Shown here piece by piece: positions 13,173 through 25,864 of a stretch of DNA of 64,000 nt. The DNA lies in NCBI RefSeq assembly GCF_006345805.1, contig NC_042997.1:189348001-189412000 (forward strand), given 5' to 3'. The notes beneath the pieces were generated by a model. The model did not search any database and had not been told where the DNA came from. It saw only the letters and a program-made list of their open reading frames with translations. Both the position numbers and the translations under genes were made by a program. Every line of letters starts with the position of its first letter. The first letter of the stretch is position 1. The stretch is from Octopus sinensis. Lineage: Eukaryota.

Positions 13173-13242
13173 TTTCTTAGTGGTAAGACCATAGCGGATC
13201 TTCTTCTAGTGTAATGGATGTCTGCTTACAGGTCATCCCTTA
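13173..13242 (+). mobile_element. Fragment of a TA-embedded repeat family (same as 38690-38880 and 60788-61100)
   Basis: TTCTTAGTGGTAAGACCATAG..TTCTAG..GGTCATCCCTTATAT shared with those loci. Confidence 0.7.
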
Positions 13243-13281
13243 TATATATATATATGTATGTATGTATATATATATATATAT

Positions 13282-13403
13282 AGGGAGAATTCACAAAACA
13301 AAGAACAAAAGACGAAGACAGGTGGTGTATTCGTATAACGCTCGGGAAGTGAAAAAGTCTTTAACGTTTCGAGCCTATGCTCTTCCACAGAAAGAAACAA
13401 GGA
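13282..13403 (-). mobile_element. PLE-derived short element with hammerhead-like motif (13359-13394)
   Basis: Reverse complement CTTT-CTGTGGA-A-GAGC-ATAG-GCTC-GAAACGTT-AAAG; flanked by (TA)n. Confidence 0.7.
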
Positions 13404-13420
13404 GATATATACGGATGTAA

Positions 13421-13499
<79 letters not shown>

Positions 13500-13603
13500 A
13501 TAAGTATGTATGTGTGTACACACATACATATATACAAGCGCGTGTATATTCGTAAGAATATTTAATATAAGCTAATCTTGTGTCCATACATGTAAAAGTG
13601 TAA

Positions 13604-14000
13604 TCTTTATATATAAAACTAAAGTTGTGTGTCTGTCTCCTACGATTTAGATTCCTAACTACTCCCACATTTTGCAGTGCAGTTTAACCAAAACCGGGTA
13701 TATTATAGTCGTAATTCATATCGAGCCCTTCTGAGTATTAGCGCGCGTCTACGATGAGTCTACGATTTTTAAAAAAATTACCATCATTTATTTCCATTTT
13801 AATGCATTTTTTCGCTATTATATAAGGGAAGTAACTCTCTAAAAATGTCTACGATGAGTCAACGATTTAAAAAAAAAATTTACCATCATTTTTTTTCCAT
13901 TTTTAATGCATTTTTTTGCTATTTTTTGGCTATAACTCTCTAAAAATGCTTATATAGTTATTTCCCTTACAAACCCGAGCAACGCCGGGCGATACTGCTA
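13604..14000 (+). mobile_element. Non-autonomous Helitron-like element
   Basis: 5' TCTTTATATATAAAA, subterminal hairpin CCCGAGCAACGCCGGG, 3' CTGCTA(T) degenerate CTAG, internal duplicated CTACGATGAGTC block, no TSD. Confidence 0.75.
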
Positions 14001-14189
14001 TGTGCAATATAACAGAGAGTGATAAAATAAGTACTGAAATCAACACGATCTCCTAAAAGCAGTGAAAGCGATGCTCCAGCTTGGTCTCTGACTAAAACAA
14101 ATAAAAGATATAACTGAGTAAATAAGAAACAGGTGATTACTCCTTAACTGTTTCTCTAAATAGAGTCCCGTATATATACTATAGACCAG

Positions 14190-14584
14190 TGATACAGAGG
14201 GGGAAGCACTCCATCGGTTACGACGACGAGGGTTCCGGTTGATCCGATCAACGGAACAGCCTACTCGTGAAATTAACGTGTAAGTGGTTGAGCACTCCAC
14301 AGACACGTGTACCCTTAACGTAGTTCTCAGAGATATTCAGCGTGACACAGAGAGTGACAAGGCCGACCCTTTGAAATACAGGTACAAAAAAAAACAGGAA
14401 GTAGATGAGAGAAAGTTGTGGTGAAAGAGTACAGCAGGGATCACCACCATCCCCTGCCGGAGCCTCGTGAGCTTTTAGGTGTTTTTCGCTCAATAAACAC
14501 TCACAACGCCCGGTCTGGGAATCGAAACCGCGATCCTACGACCGCGAGTCCGCTGCCCTAACCTTTGGTCCATTGCGTCTCCAC
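14190..14584 (-). mobile_element. SINE family C, full length
   Basis: Reverse complement of tRNA-Arg-like head plus body and tail GAACCCTCGTCGTCGTAACCGATGGAGTG; near-identical to 40466-40817. Confidence 0.9.
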
Positions 14585-15856
14585 TAGAGATACAGAAGGA
14601 TATCGCCAAAAGCGAAGCATTTGGGGCGAGGGTGTTCAATCCTGAATGGTTAAGACAGCATATCTGTTGCAAAAGTTTTGTTTTTCCCTCTTAGGGAATT
14701 TTTACTTATTATAGGCAGTGTTAGTATTATTGGAGATTTGAGCATTTCATTAGCTGGTAGGGTTGAATTAGTGCCATGTTGAGCGTTTTGATCATGATAG
14801 AAGTAATGAAAAGAAAAAAAATCTGACTTTTTCAATCCAGTCAGCAAGATCTTTTGATAGACTCGAAAATGAAGATTCCAGCGATTATTTTCCGTTTCCA
14901 GCTAATGATGAAATTGGTAGTATAAAAGATATTTCATTTCAGCTATTTCATATTAATCAATTACCCACAAATATCAAAACACAGAGAGCGATTGCAAACT
15001 GCGATGAAGTAACCGGTACATAACCTACACACGCGTCTTCTCTCTGATCAAATCTTCTAGAAGAAGGCTGTATTTCAGTTGAGTGGTTTAATCGTTTGAT
15101 ACTTTGACGTGCTTATAATAATTTCCTGTCGTTGCAAAATAATTGCCTTAGTTGCTAGAAATAGGGACATATACGTGACCACCGGGTGTATACTCGCTAA
15201 ATGAATGCTACAGTTTAGCGTGCTTACTTGTAATAATGTTGCCAACAACGAAAAAATAGCTGAATTTCATTTTTGGTATTTTGTCAAATAATACTTTATG
15301 CAGTTTATTGCCATCAGGGAAATGTTTTAAAACCAAATTTTGAAAATGGCTATATACGAGTTCACTTTGAGACTGATAATGATTCGGTTACGTTTAACTT
15401 GGTGCATATTTTTCTATATAGGTTTTGGTATGTGTTTTCTTTGCTTACAGATTTCAACTTCTCTGATATGAGACTATTTCTCTCTTTTATTTGATACCAA
15501 TATTCTCTAAAGCCCTACTGTCGAAACAAGCTGCTCTTCTGCGATAGATTAAAAATTTGTTGGCTTATATTTCTAATTAAATTCTTTAAGGTGACTGGGG
15601 ATAGTTGGAATTCCTGTCGATTTACAAATATATTTTTTCCCTAGATTTTATATAAGGTTTGCAATTGCTTGTATCTAAGGCTAGAAACATGAGCATCATT
15701 AAGTTCATAGCAACTGTAATAATAAATCATAGTTCATTAACAATATTAATTATGTCTCTTCTAATTCTGTCTAATTTGCATCTGTCAAGCCATCGCTTCT
15801 GTACAATCCTAGGTCTCATTTTTTAAATTTTTGACTTGAGTAAGATGTATAATATG

Positions 15857-16108
15857 TGGAGGCGCGTGGCTTAGTGGTTAAGGTGTCAGTATCATGATCG
15901 TAAGATTGTAGTTTTGATTCCTGGACCGGGCGACGCGTTGTGTTCTTGAGCAAAACACTTCATTTCACGTTGCTCCAGTCCACTCAGCTGGCAAAAATGA
16001 GTAACGCTGCGATGGACTGGCGTCCCGTCCAGCGGGGGAACACATACGCCATTGAAACCGGGAAATAGGGCCCATGAGCTTGGCTAGGCTTTAAAAAGGG
16101 CGCATTTA
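15857..16108 (+). mobile_element. SINE family D (tRNA head plus CORE-like domain)
   Basis: GGAGGCGCGTGGCTTAGTGGTTAAGG head; GTGTTCTTGAGCAAAACACTT..CAGTCCACTCAGCTGGCAAAAATGAGTA CORE-like block; tail GGCTTTAAAAAGGGCGCATTT. Confidence 0.88.
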
Positions 16109-16765
16109 ATACTTTTTTAAATATATTATACCGAGTAAGGCAGTGAACTGGGAAAATAGATGAATATACTAAGAGAAAAAAATGTTCATTGATATATTTT
16201 TCTCATACTGCATCTTTATTGAAAATGATAAATTTTTTTTTTGATGAGCATAATAATACAACTTAGCTACTATTTATAGTATACGTTCTTACAAATTCCA
16301 ATGATTTGAAGATCGTCTCCTTGCTGGGAATTTGGTGAAAACCCGGATATAGTGAATCAGAATTCTGCAACACGTTTTACTAGTCTCTTTACCTCAGCCA
16401 CTCCACCACCTAGGGATTGCTTCTGGGCATTAAATTCTGTGGATTTCACAGATGATTTCCATATCCTCTAATATCCAGTTTCTTCGTAGCATCTACTAAT
16501 TCGTGTTTAGAACTGGTTAACAAATCAATATTGTCTGTAAATCTTAGACGTTGATCATTCTTCCGCTAATCTTTACTGTGTCTTGAAAATCCTCTCATAA
16601 TCTGTAAAAAAAAATGAGAAAAAGACATTGAAAAGTCCTGATACTAATAATGGATAGCCCTGATTAACTCCAACGCTTGTTTCTAGTCATTGCTTTATTT
16701 CATCGTTGTTCAGAATAAAAACTCTTCTTGTGTATTTTCCACAGTATTTCCATAAGATGCATAAA

Positions 16766-17113
16766 CCCTTTAGCGTTCAAACCGGCCATATCAGGCCAAA
16801 ATATTTAGCCTGTTTTCTGTTGAAACTGACCAGATCTGGCTCTTCACCTCAACCTTACTGTTATGTCGCACGTTCGGATGCCTTCTACTCAACTCTTCTC
16901 TAGTCTACTCTGACCCTACTGTTCTCTGCCGTCTAGACTTCTCCCTCTATATCTACGTATTGGGCTAGTCTACTTCATCGTCTGGGGGCATCTACACACC
17001 ACTTACAATATCATTCTAAAACTAAACACTCACATCATCGAAATCTCTTAAATACAAAATCATTAATTCAAAACAATTATAAATAAACAAACATTACATT
17101 TGCCAGAATAATC
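16766..17113. mobile_element. TTAA-type (piggyBac-like) MITE, right end disrupted
   Basis: Starts (T)AAA|CCCTTTAGCG; GGG|TTAA at 17326-17332 may be the residual right end; interrupts the RTE remnant. Confidence 0.55.
16859..17001. mobile_element. 143-bp solo-LTR-like insertion
   Basis: Begins TG, ends CA, flanked by 5-bp direct repeat CTTAC (16854-16858 and 17002-17006). Confidence 0.65.
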
Positions 17114-17146
17114 AAAATTTTTGACTTGAGTAAGATGTATAATATG

Positions 17147-17328
17147 TGGAGGCGCATGGCTTAGTGGTTAGGGGTGTCAGCATCATGATCGTAAGATTGT
17201 GGTTTCGATTCCTGGACCGGGCGACGCGTTGTGTTCTTGAGCAAAACACTTCAATTTACGTTGCTCCAATCCACTCAGCTGGCAAAAATGAGTAACGCTG
17301 CTATGGATTGGTGTCCCGTCCATCGGGG
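17147..17328 (+). mobile_element. SINE family D, 3'-truncated copy
   Basis: Matches 15857-16037, including the upstream flank. Confidence 0.85.
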
Positions 17329-17722
17329 TTAAGATGTGGCAATTCGTCATAATATCCCACAGTACATCTCTCCTTGCCTTTTCAATGTATTTTTTTTTTG
17401 TGGCAGCAGCAAATATCTGGTGAGATTTCTTTTGATGTGTTGTTTTTAAAAAATTCTCAACTTTCGTTAGCTATTCTGCACTGCCGCTTCCTTCTGGAAT
17501 CCTGTTGGTTCTTCAGAAATTATTCTTTTTTCATGAAGTTTTAAACGATTGTTTAATACACAAAGTATTATTTTGCTTGGATGGTTTGTTAAGTTAATGA
17601 CACTTGATACATTTCTGCAACAACAGCAGCAAAATAAGTCTAATACAAAGTATGTCTAACACAACTTGTGATAACAGGAATTGTATGTGAGACATAGATA
17701 TTCTACTTCCAGTCACACTAAT

Positions 17723-17886
17723 AGGCGTTGGAGTGGCTGGGTGGTAAATAGCTTGCTTACCAACCACATGGTTCCGGGTTCAGTCCCATTGCGTGGCACC
17801 TTAGGCAAGTATCTTCTACTGTAGCCCTGGTCCAACCAAAGCCTTGTGAGTGGATTTGGTAGACGGAAACTGAAAGAAGCCCGTCG

Positions 17887-17920
<34 letters not shown>

Positions 17921-18190
17921 CTATGTGTGTGTGTGTGTGTGGTGTGTGTGTGTGTGGGGTGTGTGTGTGTGTGTGTGTGTGTTTGTGTTTCTGTTTGTCC
18001 CACCCAACATCGCTTGACAACCGATGCCGGTGTGTTTACGTCCCCGTAACTTAGCGGTTCGGCAAAAGAGACCGATTGAATAATTACTAGGCTTACAAAG
18101 AATAATTCCTTGGGTCAATTTGATCGACTAAAAGGCGGTGCTCCAGCATGGGCACTGTCAAATGACTGAAACAAGTAAAAGAGTAATAAA
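17723..18190 (+). mobile_element. SINE family A, full length
   Basis: Head, internal microsatellite and tail as in 128-597. Confidence 0.9.
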
Positions 18191-18636
18191 AGCAAATAGG
18201 TACCATTAAATTCTCCACATTCGAACTGAGATGCTTCAGCAGAAATCTTGACAGGACTACTGAGCCAACCAGTCTGTCTTAGAACAACATAATACCTTCG
18301 CCAGAAAGACTCAGAGAAGAAACAGGATGAAGAAAAATGTAGGGATTCAGTCAAATCACTGGAATGACTGGGCCGTTCAGACATAGATTCATGTTTCGGA
18401 AAGCATAAAGAGAGAAAAAGAAGAAAAACGTGAACACAATCACCAGCAAATATTTAACCTCATATCTATCGGGGAACATACGGGTGTAATAACTAACACA
18501 CCAAAGAGAATCTTGATGACTTTAAGCCGTCTTACCAGAAACATTTATCTGTAAAAGCTAGATGTGAATAAAGTGGTTTTATATGAAGAATTAAAAAAAG
18601 TAACTGGAATCATACACAAGTACATACTCACACACA

Positions 18637-18675
<39 letters not shown>

Positions 18676-18957
18676 TACATACGTACATACATACATACAT
18701 AATAAATAAATACATACATACATACACACTTACAAACGTAGGAAGCGACAAGTCTCGCATTTGGCGTGGGAGACTATTTATCGAAAATACGATGAATACT
18801 ATCACCAACTTTGGAGCCACAACTATCAGCCTTGTTAAATAACTGGTTAATCTTCAGATGAAGTAACTGAGGGGGGAACCTTTTATTCACGATCGTAGTG
18901 ATTTTCAACTGAAACTTGAATTTAGTATGCAGAGAGTTTATATATATATATATTCTA

Positions 18958-18988
<31 letters not shown>

Positions 18989-19024
18989 CATGGAAGGGAT
19001 AAGTTACGTTCAATTCTCTTTCTC

Positions 19025-19520
19025 TTGTTGCTCACACGTGACCATCGTCCATCTTTCTTTTCCTGCACGAACGTTTAGAAGAACGGACGTGTTTTCTCCC
19101 TAGCTTCTCTTTCCTCTTTTCAAAAAAGAAAAAAAAGAAAAATGTTTCTCCCAGCTTTCACTATTTTCCTCTCGTTCTGGTCTAACAACTCTTCCTGTTT
19201 GTTTTCGTTCAAATTCCTTGTATGTCTCCACTATCATTTTTATTCTCAAATTTGACCCTCCATAAATCATAAATTTTATTTTAGAATTTATGGGAGCAAC
19301 TGTCTTTGAAGACTCATATTGTCGTTGAATTCTCGAAAGGAGGAGTAGATAGACAGCCGACAGCTGATGAAGAGTCATTTCACTGTGTTTACTTGTCCTG
19401 TTTTCCATTTTTTCTCGTTGTCTACGTATTTTACTCGTTTTTCTTTCGTTTTTTTAAACTCATTTCATGTTATTTGCACCGTTGGTGACGTCCTATACCC
19501 ATATATGTATATACATACAT
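19025..19520 (+). mobile_element. TA-embedded, probably PLE-derived element
   Basis: Contains CAGCTGATGAAG and ends GTCCTATACCCATATATG, like 26770-27080 and 51735-52045. Confidence 0.45.
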
Positions 19521-19539
19521 ACATATATATATATATATA

Positions 19540-19621
<82 letters not shown>

Positions 19622-19833
19622 ATATTATGTGAAATAGAAAGATGAATAATCTTGTAGCAGATAATCAAAAGTTTAACCGATACCTTGGTAGCAAAAAATC
19701 ACAGCAGAAGACAGCACGTTGGAGGTACAACGATATGGTGTTGCAACCGTGCGTTGGTGCGGATAATTGAAATTATAATTTATTGGTGAATTGAAGAAAT
19801 GGAGCTGAACGAAGATTGAACAGAAATCGTTTT

Positions 19834-19926
19834 ATTTCATTCTACACGACTGTTTCGAAAGGCACAATTTACCAAAATCCGATTGAATAATGAGACCATA
19901 TTGTGTCTTTCTCTTCAGGAAGAAAT
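19834..19926 (-). ncRNA. Type I hammerhead ribozyme motif, inverted partner
   Basis: Reverse complement ATTTCTTC-CTGAAGA-GAAAGACACAAT..ATTGTGCCTTTC-GAAAC-AGTCGT-GTA-GAATGAAAT. Confidence 0.7.
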
Positions 19927-19966
19927 AGGAAATCCGTTGTTTTGTGTTTTTTCCAACGGATTTCCT

Positions 19967-20057
19967 ATTTCTTCCTGAAGAGAAGACACAATATGGTCTC
20001 ATTATTCAATCGGATTTTGGTAAATTGTGCCCTTTCGAAACACGTGTAGAATGAAAT
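19967..20057 (+). ncRNA. Type I hammerhead ribozyme motif (Penelope-like)
   Basis: ATTTCTTC-CTGAAGA-GAAGACACAAT..ATTGTGCCCTTTC-GAAAC-ACGT-GTA-GAATGAAAT: canonical CUGANGA/GAAA/GUH core with pairing stems I-III. Confidence 0.7.
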
Positions 20058-20105
20058 AAAACGATTTCTGTTCAATCTTCGTTCAGCTCCATTTCTTCAA
20101 TTCAC

Positions 20106-20176
<71 letters not shown>

Positions 20177-20822
20177 ATATATGTGTGTGTGTGTATATAC
20201 TATAGATACACACACACATACACACATGCGCGTACACACACACACTCTCTCTCTCAAACGCACACGTACATGCACACATATGCAGATATACATACTTACG
20301 CACACCTACAGGCATATATATAAATGTATGTATTGTGGAATATGGTTATAGATAAAGCCAACTGAATCTTAGTATAACAAGAACAAACTGCTTGCTCCGC
20401 ATCGTTAAAAGCTCGCTAGAGATTCCTTGTATCTGAAAAAGTTGCAATCGAGAAAGCAGCCAATTCATTAGAACTTTGGGGAATTAAACATTTTTTCCTA
20501 TATTATTCTCACAGGATATAGTAAAGCCAACCATATTGCAACTTGAAGCTATTATTACAAGTCTGTATCAGTTAAGCTTTAGAAATAGTATGATGGTATA
20601 TATGCTGTTATTTTTATGATGGATTAGAACTTGAATAGCGATATTAAATGTGAAAAGTGCCAACCACTTGAGCTGAAGTTATAAAAAAAGTTATTCGCTA
20701 ATCAGAAACATATGTAATATATGTATGACTGTACTTACTCTTATGTGACTTATGGACAAATCATACTCAGACGTTCGCACATAATACACATACGCACGTA
20801 TATAATAATTTATACATGAGCC

Positions 20823-20902
<80 letters not shown>

Positions 20903-20993
20903 CATATACATTAGACACATACATATACATATGTGTGTGTAGTGTATATATATATATATAATACATATACTTATATATCTATGTATGTACGTC

Positions 20994-21058
<65 letters not shown>

Positions 21059-21059
21059 T

Positions 21060-21555
21060 TGATGGCAATATTGATGGAAATTATGGAAATCTGCACAGAA
21101 ATACATCTGCGAATTCAAAGGGCAGCACAAGCATTTGATAGTTCGGAGTCACACGTTTGGCACCAGCGACATATAAATAACTACACAAAATTGGCTCTTT
21201 ACAAAACGTTTGTCTTACCATCTTTGTAATTCTTCTGAAACATGGATGTATTATGAAAGATATTTGAAATTGTTAGAACGATTCCACCAAAAATGCCTTC
21301 GTCGCATTTTAAACATTAAATGTGCCTTTTTTTTTTACTCCAGACATAGATGTTTTTGAGTCTGTAGGCACCACTTCAATTAAATCAATGATTCTGAAAA
21401 ATCAAACGAGATGGCCTGGCCATATTATTCGAATGGCAGATGAACGCACACCCAAACAGCTGTTTTATGGCGAGCTTGCAGAAGGGAAACGCAATCGGTG
21501 CAAACCTAAAAAGAGGTTTAAGGACGGCATGACTACCATGAAGTTCAATGAAAAA
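21060..21555 (+). mobile_element. RTE (BovB-like) LINE C-terminal fragment
   Basis: EIHLRIQRAAQAF..TKLALYKTFVLPSL..ERFHQKCLRRIL..RWPGHIIRMADERTPKQLFYGELAEGKRNRCKPKKRFKD. Confidence 0.9.
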
Positions 21556-21559
21556 GTCA

Positions 21560-22090
21560 ACAATATCAAGTAACTTGCCCTTAACGAAACTTTTAGAGGG
21601 AGTTTTAAGTAGCACCACGTACAGGTTCATACTTTACAACTGTTTTTTTCAAGTTGATGGTCAAGCCAAGATCATCACAAGCAACGTCAAATGCAGATAC
21701 AAGAGACTGCAGGCTCGTTTCAGAGTGACTGACTAGATCGCAATCGTCAGTGTATAAGAGTTCCTTAATAAGTGAAGTAAAAATATTTGCAAAGTATATT
21801 GCAAAGCGGGTGAGTGCATCAAGGTCTCCTTGCTTTACTCCATTTTCCATGGCAAAATATTCAGAGAGCCTACCACTAAAATTAACTCTAACCTTCATAT
21901 CTTGATGCAAAGCCCTGATCATGTTCACAAATTTTCCTGAGCAACCCATTTTCCTTAGAATTAGCCACAGAGTATTTCGATTAACAGTATCGAATGCCTT
22001 GCTTAAATCAACAAAGCAATGGTGTAGGAAAAGATTCTGCTCAATGCACTTTTCCTGAAATTGTCTGTAAATTTTGGAACTATGAAGGCA
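21560..22090 (-). mobile_element. RTE LINE reverse-transcriptase fragment
   Basis: RQFQEKCIEQN..FVDLSKAFDTVNR..GVKQGD..ELLYTDDCDL..LGLTINLKKT. Confidence 0.92.
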
Positions 22091-22228
22091 TTTAAACGTT
22101 CTAACAGAATATGGGCAAGTATCTTTCAAACTACAAACAAAAGCGAAATCCCACGAAAATAACGACACATCGAATAAATATAAGATGGCGACAATTTACC
22201 CATCGCACCCTGTATATATACACACACA

Positions 22229-22309
<81 letters not shown>

Positions 22310-22397
22310 CACACACACACACACATATATATACATATTTCGTTTTTGGATTTGGTTTGCAAGATTCTTTATATGAGTTCGTGTGTTGAAGCATATT

Positions 22398-22620
22398 CTA
22401 TTGTGTTTGGGGAGAGTCATTTTCTTTTTGTGCCTTATAATGTAACACACTCACCGGTAAGATTTCCACGTTTTTCTTATTTTTATTTTCTTATTGAAAA
22501 GGTTGCCAGACGCAACGAAAATTTTAGGAAAATAAGAATAGGAAAAGCGTGGAAATGTTACCGGTGAGTGTGTTACATTATAAGGCACAAAAGGAAAATG
22601 ACTCTCCCCAGACACAATAG
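22398..22620. repeat. Fold-back inverted repeat, arms ~90 bp
   Basis: CTATTGTGTTTGGGGAGAGTCATTTT..CACTCACCGGTAA versus TTACCGGTGAGTG..AAAATGACTCTCCCCAGACACAATAG; abuts (TA)n. Confidence 0.9.
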
Positions 22621-22644
22621 CATATATATATATATATATATATA

Positions 22645-23130
22645 TACTTTTATTCTTTTATTATCTTATTCGTTTACCTGTTTCAGTCATTTGACTGCGA
22701 CCATGCTGGAGCACTGCCTTAGTTGAACGAATCGACCCCAGAACTTATTCCCTGTGCGCTTAGTACTTATTCTATCGGTCACTTTCACCGAACCACTATT
22801 TTACAGGCACGTAAACAAACCAACAACGGTTGTCAAGCGATGGTGGGAGGGCAAACACAGACATACAAACACACACACAGATACACACACACGCATGCAC
22901 ACACAGACGCACACACACATATATATATACATATACATATATACAACAGGCACATACATACACATATACATATATATATACGAGGAGCTTCTTTCAGTTT
23001 CCGTCTAACAAATCAACTCACATTGGTCGGTCTGAGGCTATAGCCGAAGACACTCGCCCAACGTACCACGGAGTGGTACTGAACCCGGAAACACGTGCTT
23101 TGGAAGCAAGCCTCTTACCATACAACCACG
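22645..23130 (-). mobile_element. SINE family A
   Basis: Reverse complement of family A with internal (CA)/(TA) tract. Confidence 0.85.
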
Positions 23131-23306
23131 CATATATATACATATATATATACATATATATTGGTCAGGATGTCGCACTTACGATGCTAGATCATAAGAA
23201 TGGCATTTCTGTTAATTTTTGCACTTTAATAATTAGATGTTTACAAATGATAGATATTTATAAATCTGTATGTGTGTATGTGCGCGCATGTTGTGTGTGT
23301 GTGTGT

Positions 23307-23360
<54 letters not shown>

Positions 23361-23757
23361 TCTCTGAATCCATGCTCCGCACACTACTCTTTTACACACA
23401 CACTCACACATACACACATACACACATATGTTTCAGATTAACGAATAATTTGTCTTGAAACTTCAGCTCAAGTGGTTGGCACTTTTCACATCTAATATTG
23501 CTATTCAAGATATTCTCTTACGCCTAAAAACGCAGACGACCCACGAACTAATAACACATACACCTTCCCTACGTATGTTCGAGCTGCTTCTTTTCCGTGG
23601 CATGAAACATTGGGACATGCCAGCAGATGGCTTTTAAACTATTTAGCATATAGCCATAACCGGCGATATAGTTTGCTGCAGGCCTAGTTCAGTACGTAGC
23701 ATTGAAAAGTAACACCAATGATTAAACATCGATGTCTGTCGCTCCGATTCTGTTTAT

Positions 23758-23863
<106 letters not shown>

Positions 23864-23864
23864 C

Positions 23865-23896
<32 letters not shown>

Positions 23897-23898
<2 letters not shown>

Positions 23899-24088
23899 GT
23901 GAGCACCGCCAGCAATTTTTTTCCTCTATCTTCCCTTCTCGGGATCTTTCCTTCTCCTTTGTTTCCGACGAAGAGCTCCGCTCGAAACGTTAAACACTCC
24001 TTCCCTTCTTTCCTGAGCGTCCAATATTACTTTATTGTTCCACGTCCTCGCGTTGGTGTTTTTTTTTGTTTTCTTGTTGGATTAACTT
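23897..24088 (+). mobile_element. PLE-derived short element with hammerhead-like motif (23961-23995)
   Basis: GTTT-CCGACGA-A-GAGC-TCC-GCTC-GAAACGTT-AAAC; lies between microsatellites. Confidence 0.65.
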
Positions 24089-24149
24089 ATATATATATAG
24101 ATATATAATATAATATTATATATATATATATATATATAATATATATATT

Positions 24150-24433
24150 TATTGTTTTTTGTATTTATATTCGTACAATTTATTTTTGTATTTATATTCG
24201 TGTAACATCGTCCGTTTTCTGTCCTTGTTTCGTATACATCGATCCTTTTTCCAAGAATCTAATGCTCGTAGCTTAGTGTTTCCTTGGGGCTGGCCAGATT
24301 GGAGCAATCTCAAGATTAATCATCCGAAATTGCGAGGATGATCCGGTTCTTGACTGAAGATTAGAGGCTTCGAATGGCCCGTCCGTGTTTTTTTGTATCG
24401 TCTATTTGAATGTTTTGCGTTCTTGTCCCATTT

Positions 24434-24435
<2 letters not shown>
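24150..24435 (+). mobile_element. TA-embedded repeat, possibly PLE-derived
   Basis: Bounded by (TA)n on both sides; degenerate CTGAAGA..CGAA..GTC motif at ~24354-24385. Confidence 0.4.
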
Positions 24436-24506
<71 letters not shown>

Positions 24507-24977
24507 CTTATAAAATAAGGGCAAAAGAAAAATTCTAATGCCAAATATGCCGAAAAAAAGACAAAATTGTCAATAACCATTATAATTTATGCGTCTCGAA
24601 ACAAGCCGATAGAAATTTCTAAAAAATCCGTTATTACCGTATTGGTCCCAATTTCGGGGTTAATTCATAAGAACTTATGAGGTGCAGCATGAGCGTATGT
24701 CCAGTTTGGTTCATTTCACTTTCTGAAAAATACACTTTTTTAAATGAAATTTTGCAGAGATAGGTTATCAATGAAGTAAGTTGCGATTATTTTGATAAGA
24801 TTAAGAAAAATAATACAAATATACTCGAGAAATTTGTTTTATCTATGTTAAGTTAAATACTTTTCTTTTAAAAATTAATATTGCGTATAAGCACCAGAAA
24901 TTTGATAAATCGCAAATATTCCGTATTTTCTGGCATAGCATACTTTTAAAGTCTGTCATCTGACGGGTAATACTGTA

Positions 24978-25177
<200 letters not shown>

Positions 25178-25833
25178 ACTACTAAAATAGAGGATCTAAA
25201 CAGGTGTTTGACAAAATAAATAAATAAATAAAATAAAATGATTAGCGTTATTTATAGTTACCGGAAGTTAAAATTTTCCAATATACAATATGGAGTAGAT
25301 ATCTTATCTTTGGTCTAGGGCACATTTAGATATGCTAGTGAACGTCGGGTTAGCATAGTTTATCAGCCAATCTTATGAAATGCAGAATATAATTAGCGAG
25401 ACGAATATGCGTCATAGCTGACTGAGATTGTCTTCGTGAGGCTATATAAACCTTAAAATCCTCTAATGTGTAAAGAATAAAGTGTCGAGAATTTATGCTA
25501 ATTCAGGAGTGTAAACTATATATTAGATATACTTGGTCTCCGTATCTTGTATATTAGTATAGATGAAGACGAGTTTATCATAAAGATGCTTCAAACAAAA
25601 TTGAAGTGTGTGAGAGAGTGTGTGTGTGTATGCGTGTGTGTGTGTATGCGTGTACGTGCGTGTGGATGTGTTCTCATGTATATATGCATGTATGGTTATT
25701 GAATGTTTATATGTATATATATACACATGCGTTATATCCGCCCGGATTCTCACGTGCACATATGTACATGGCATACATAAATACATATATACATTCACAC
25801 ACACACACCCGCACGCACACACGCACGCACACA

Positions 25834-25864
<31 letters not shown>

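Larger units (their letters stand above)
16450..17605 (-). mobile_element. Decayed RTE-clade LINE RT fragment, split by insertions at ~16766-17330
   Basis: Translations LTNHPSKIILCVLNNRLK..TGFQ (17330-17600) and SVGVNQGYP..LFNVF..LRFTDNIDLL (16500-16680). Confidence 0.7.
19780..20111. repeat. Fold-back inverted repeat, arms ~160 bp (19780-19939 and 19954-20111), 14-nt loop
   Basis: Arms are near-perfect reverse complements by direct reading. Confidence 0.95.

Noticed and set aside
15270-15820. Possible Penelope RT remnant on the minus strand (also 27420-27715 and 39130-39470)
   Set aside because: Only isolated short motifs with many stops; cannot be supported by eye
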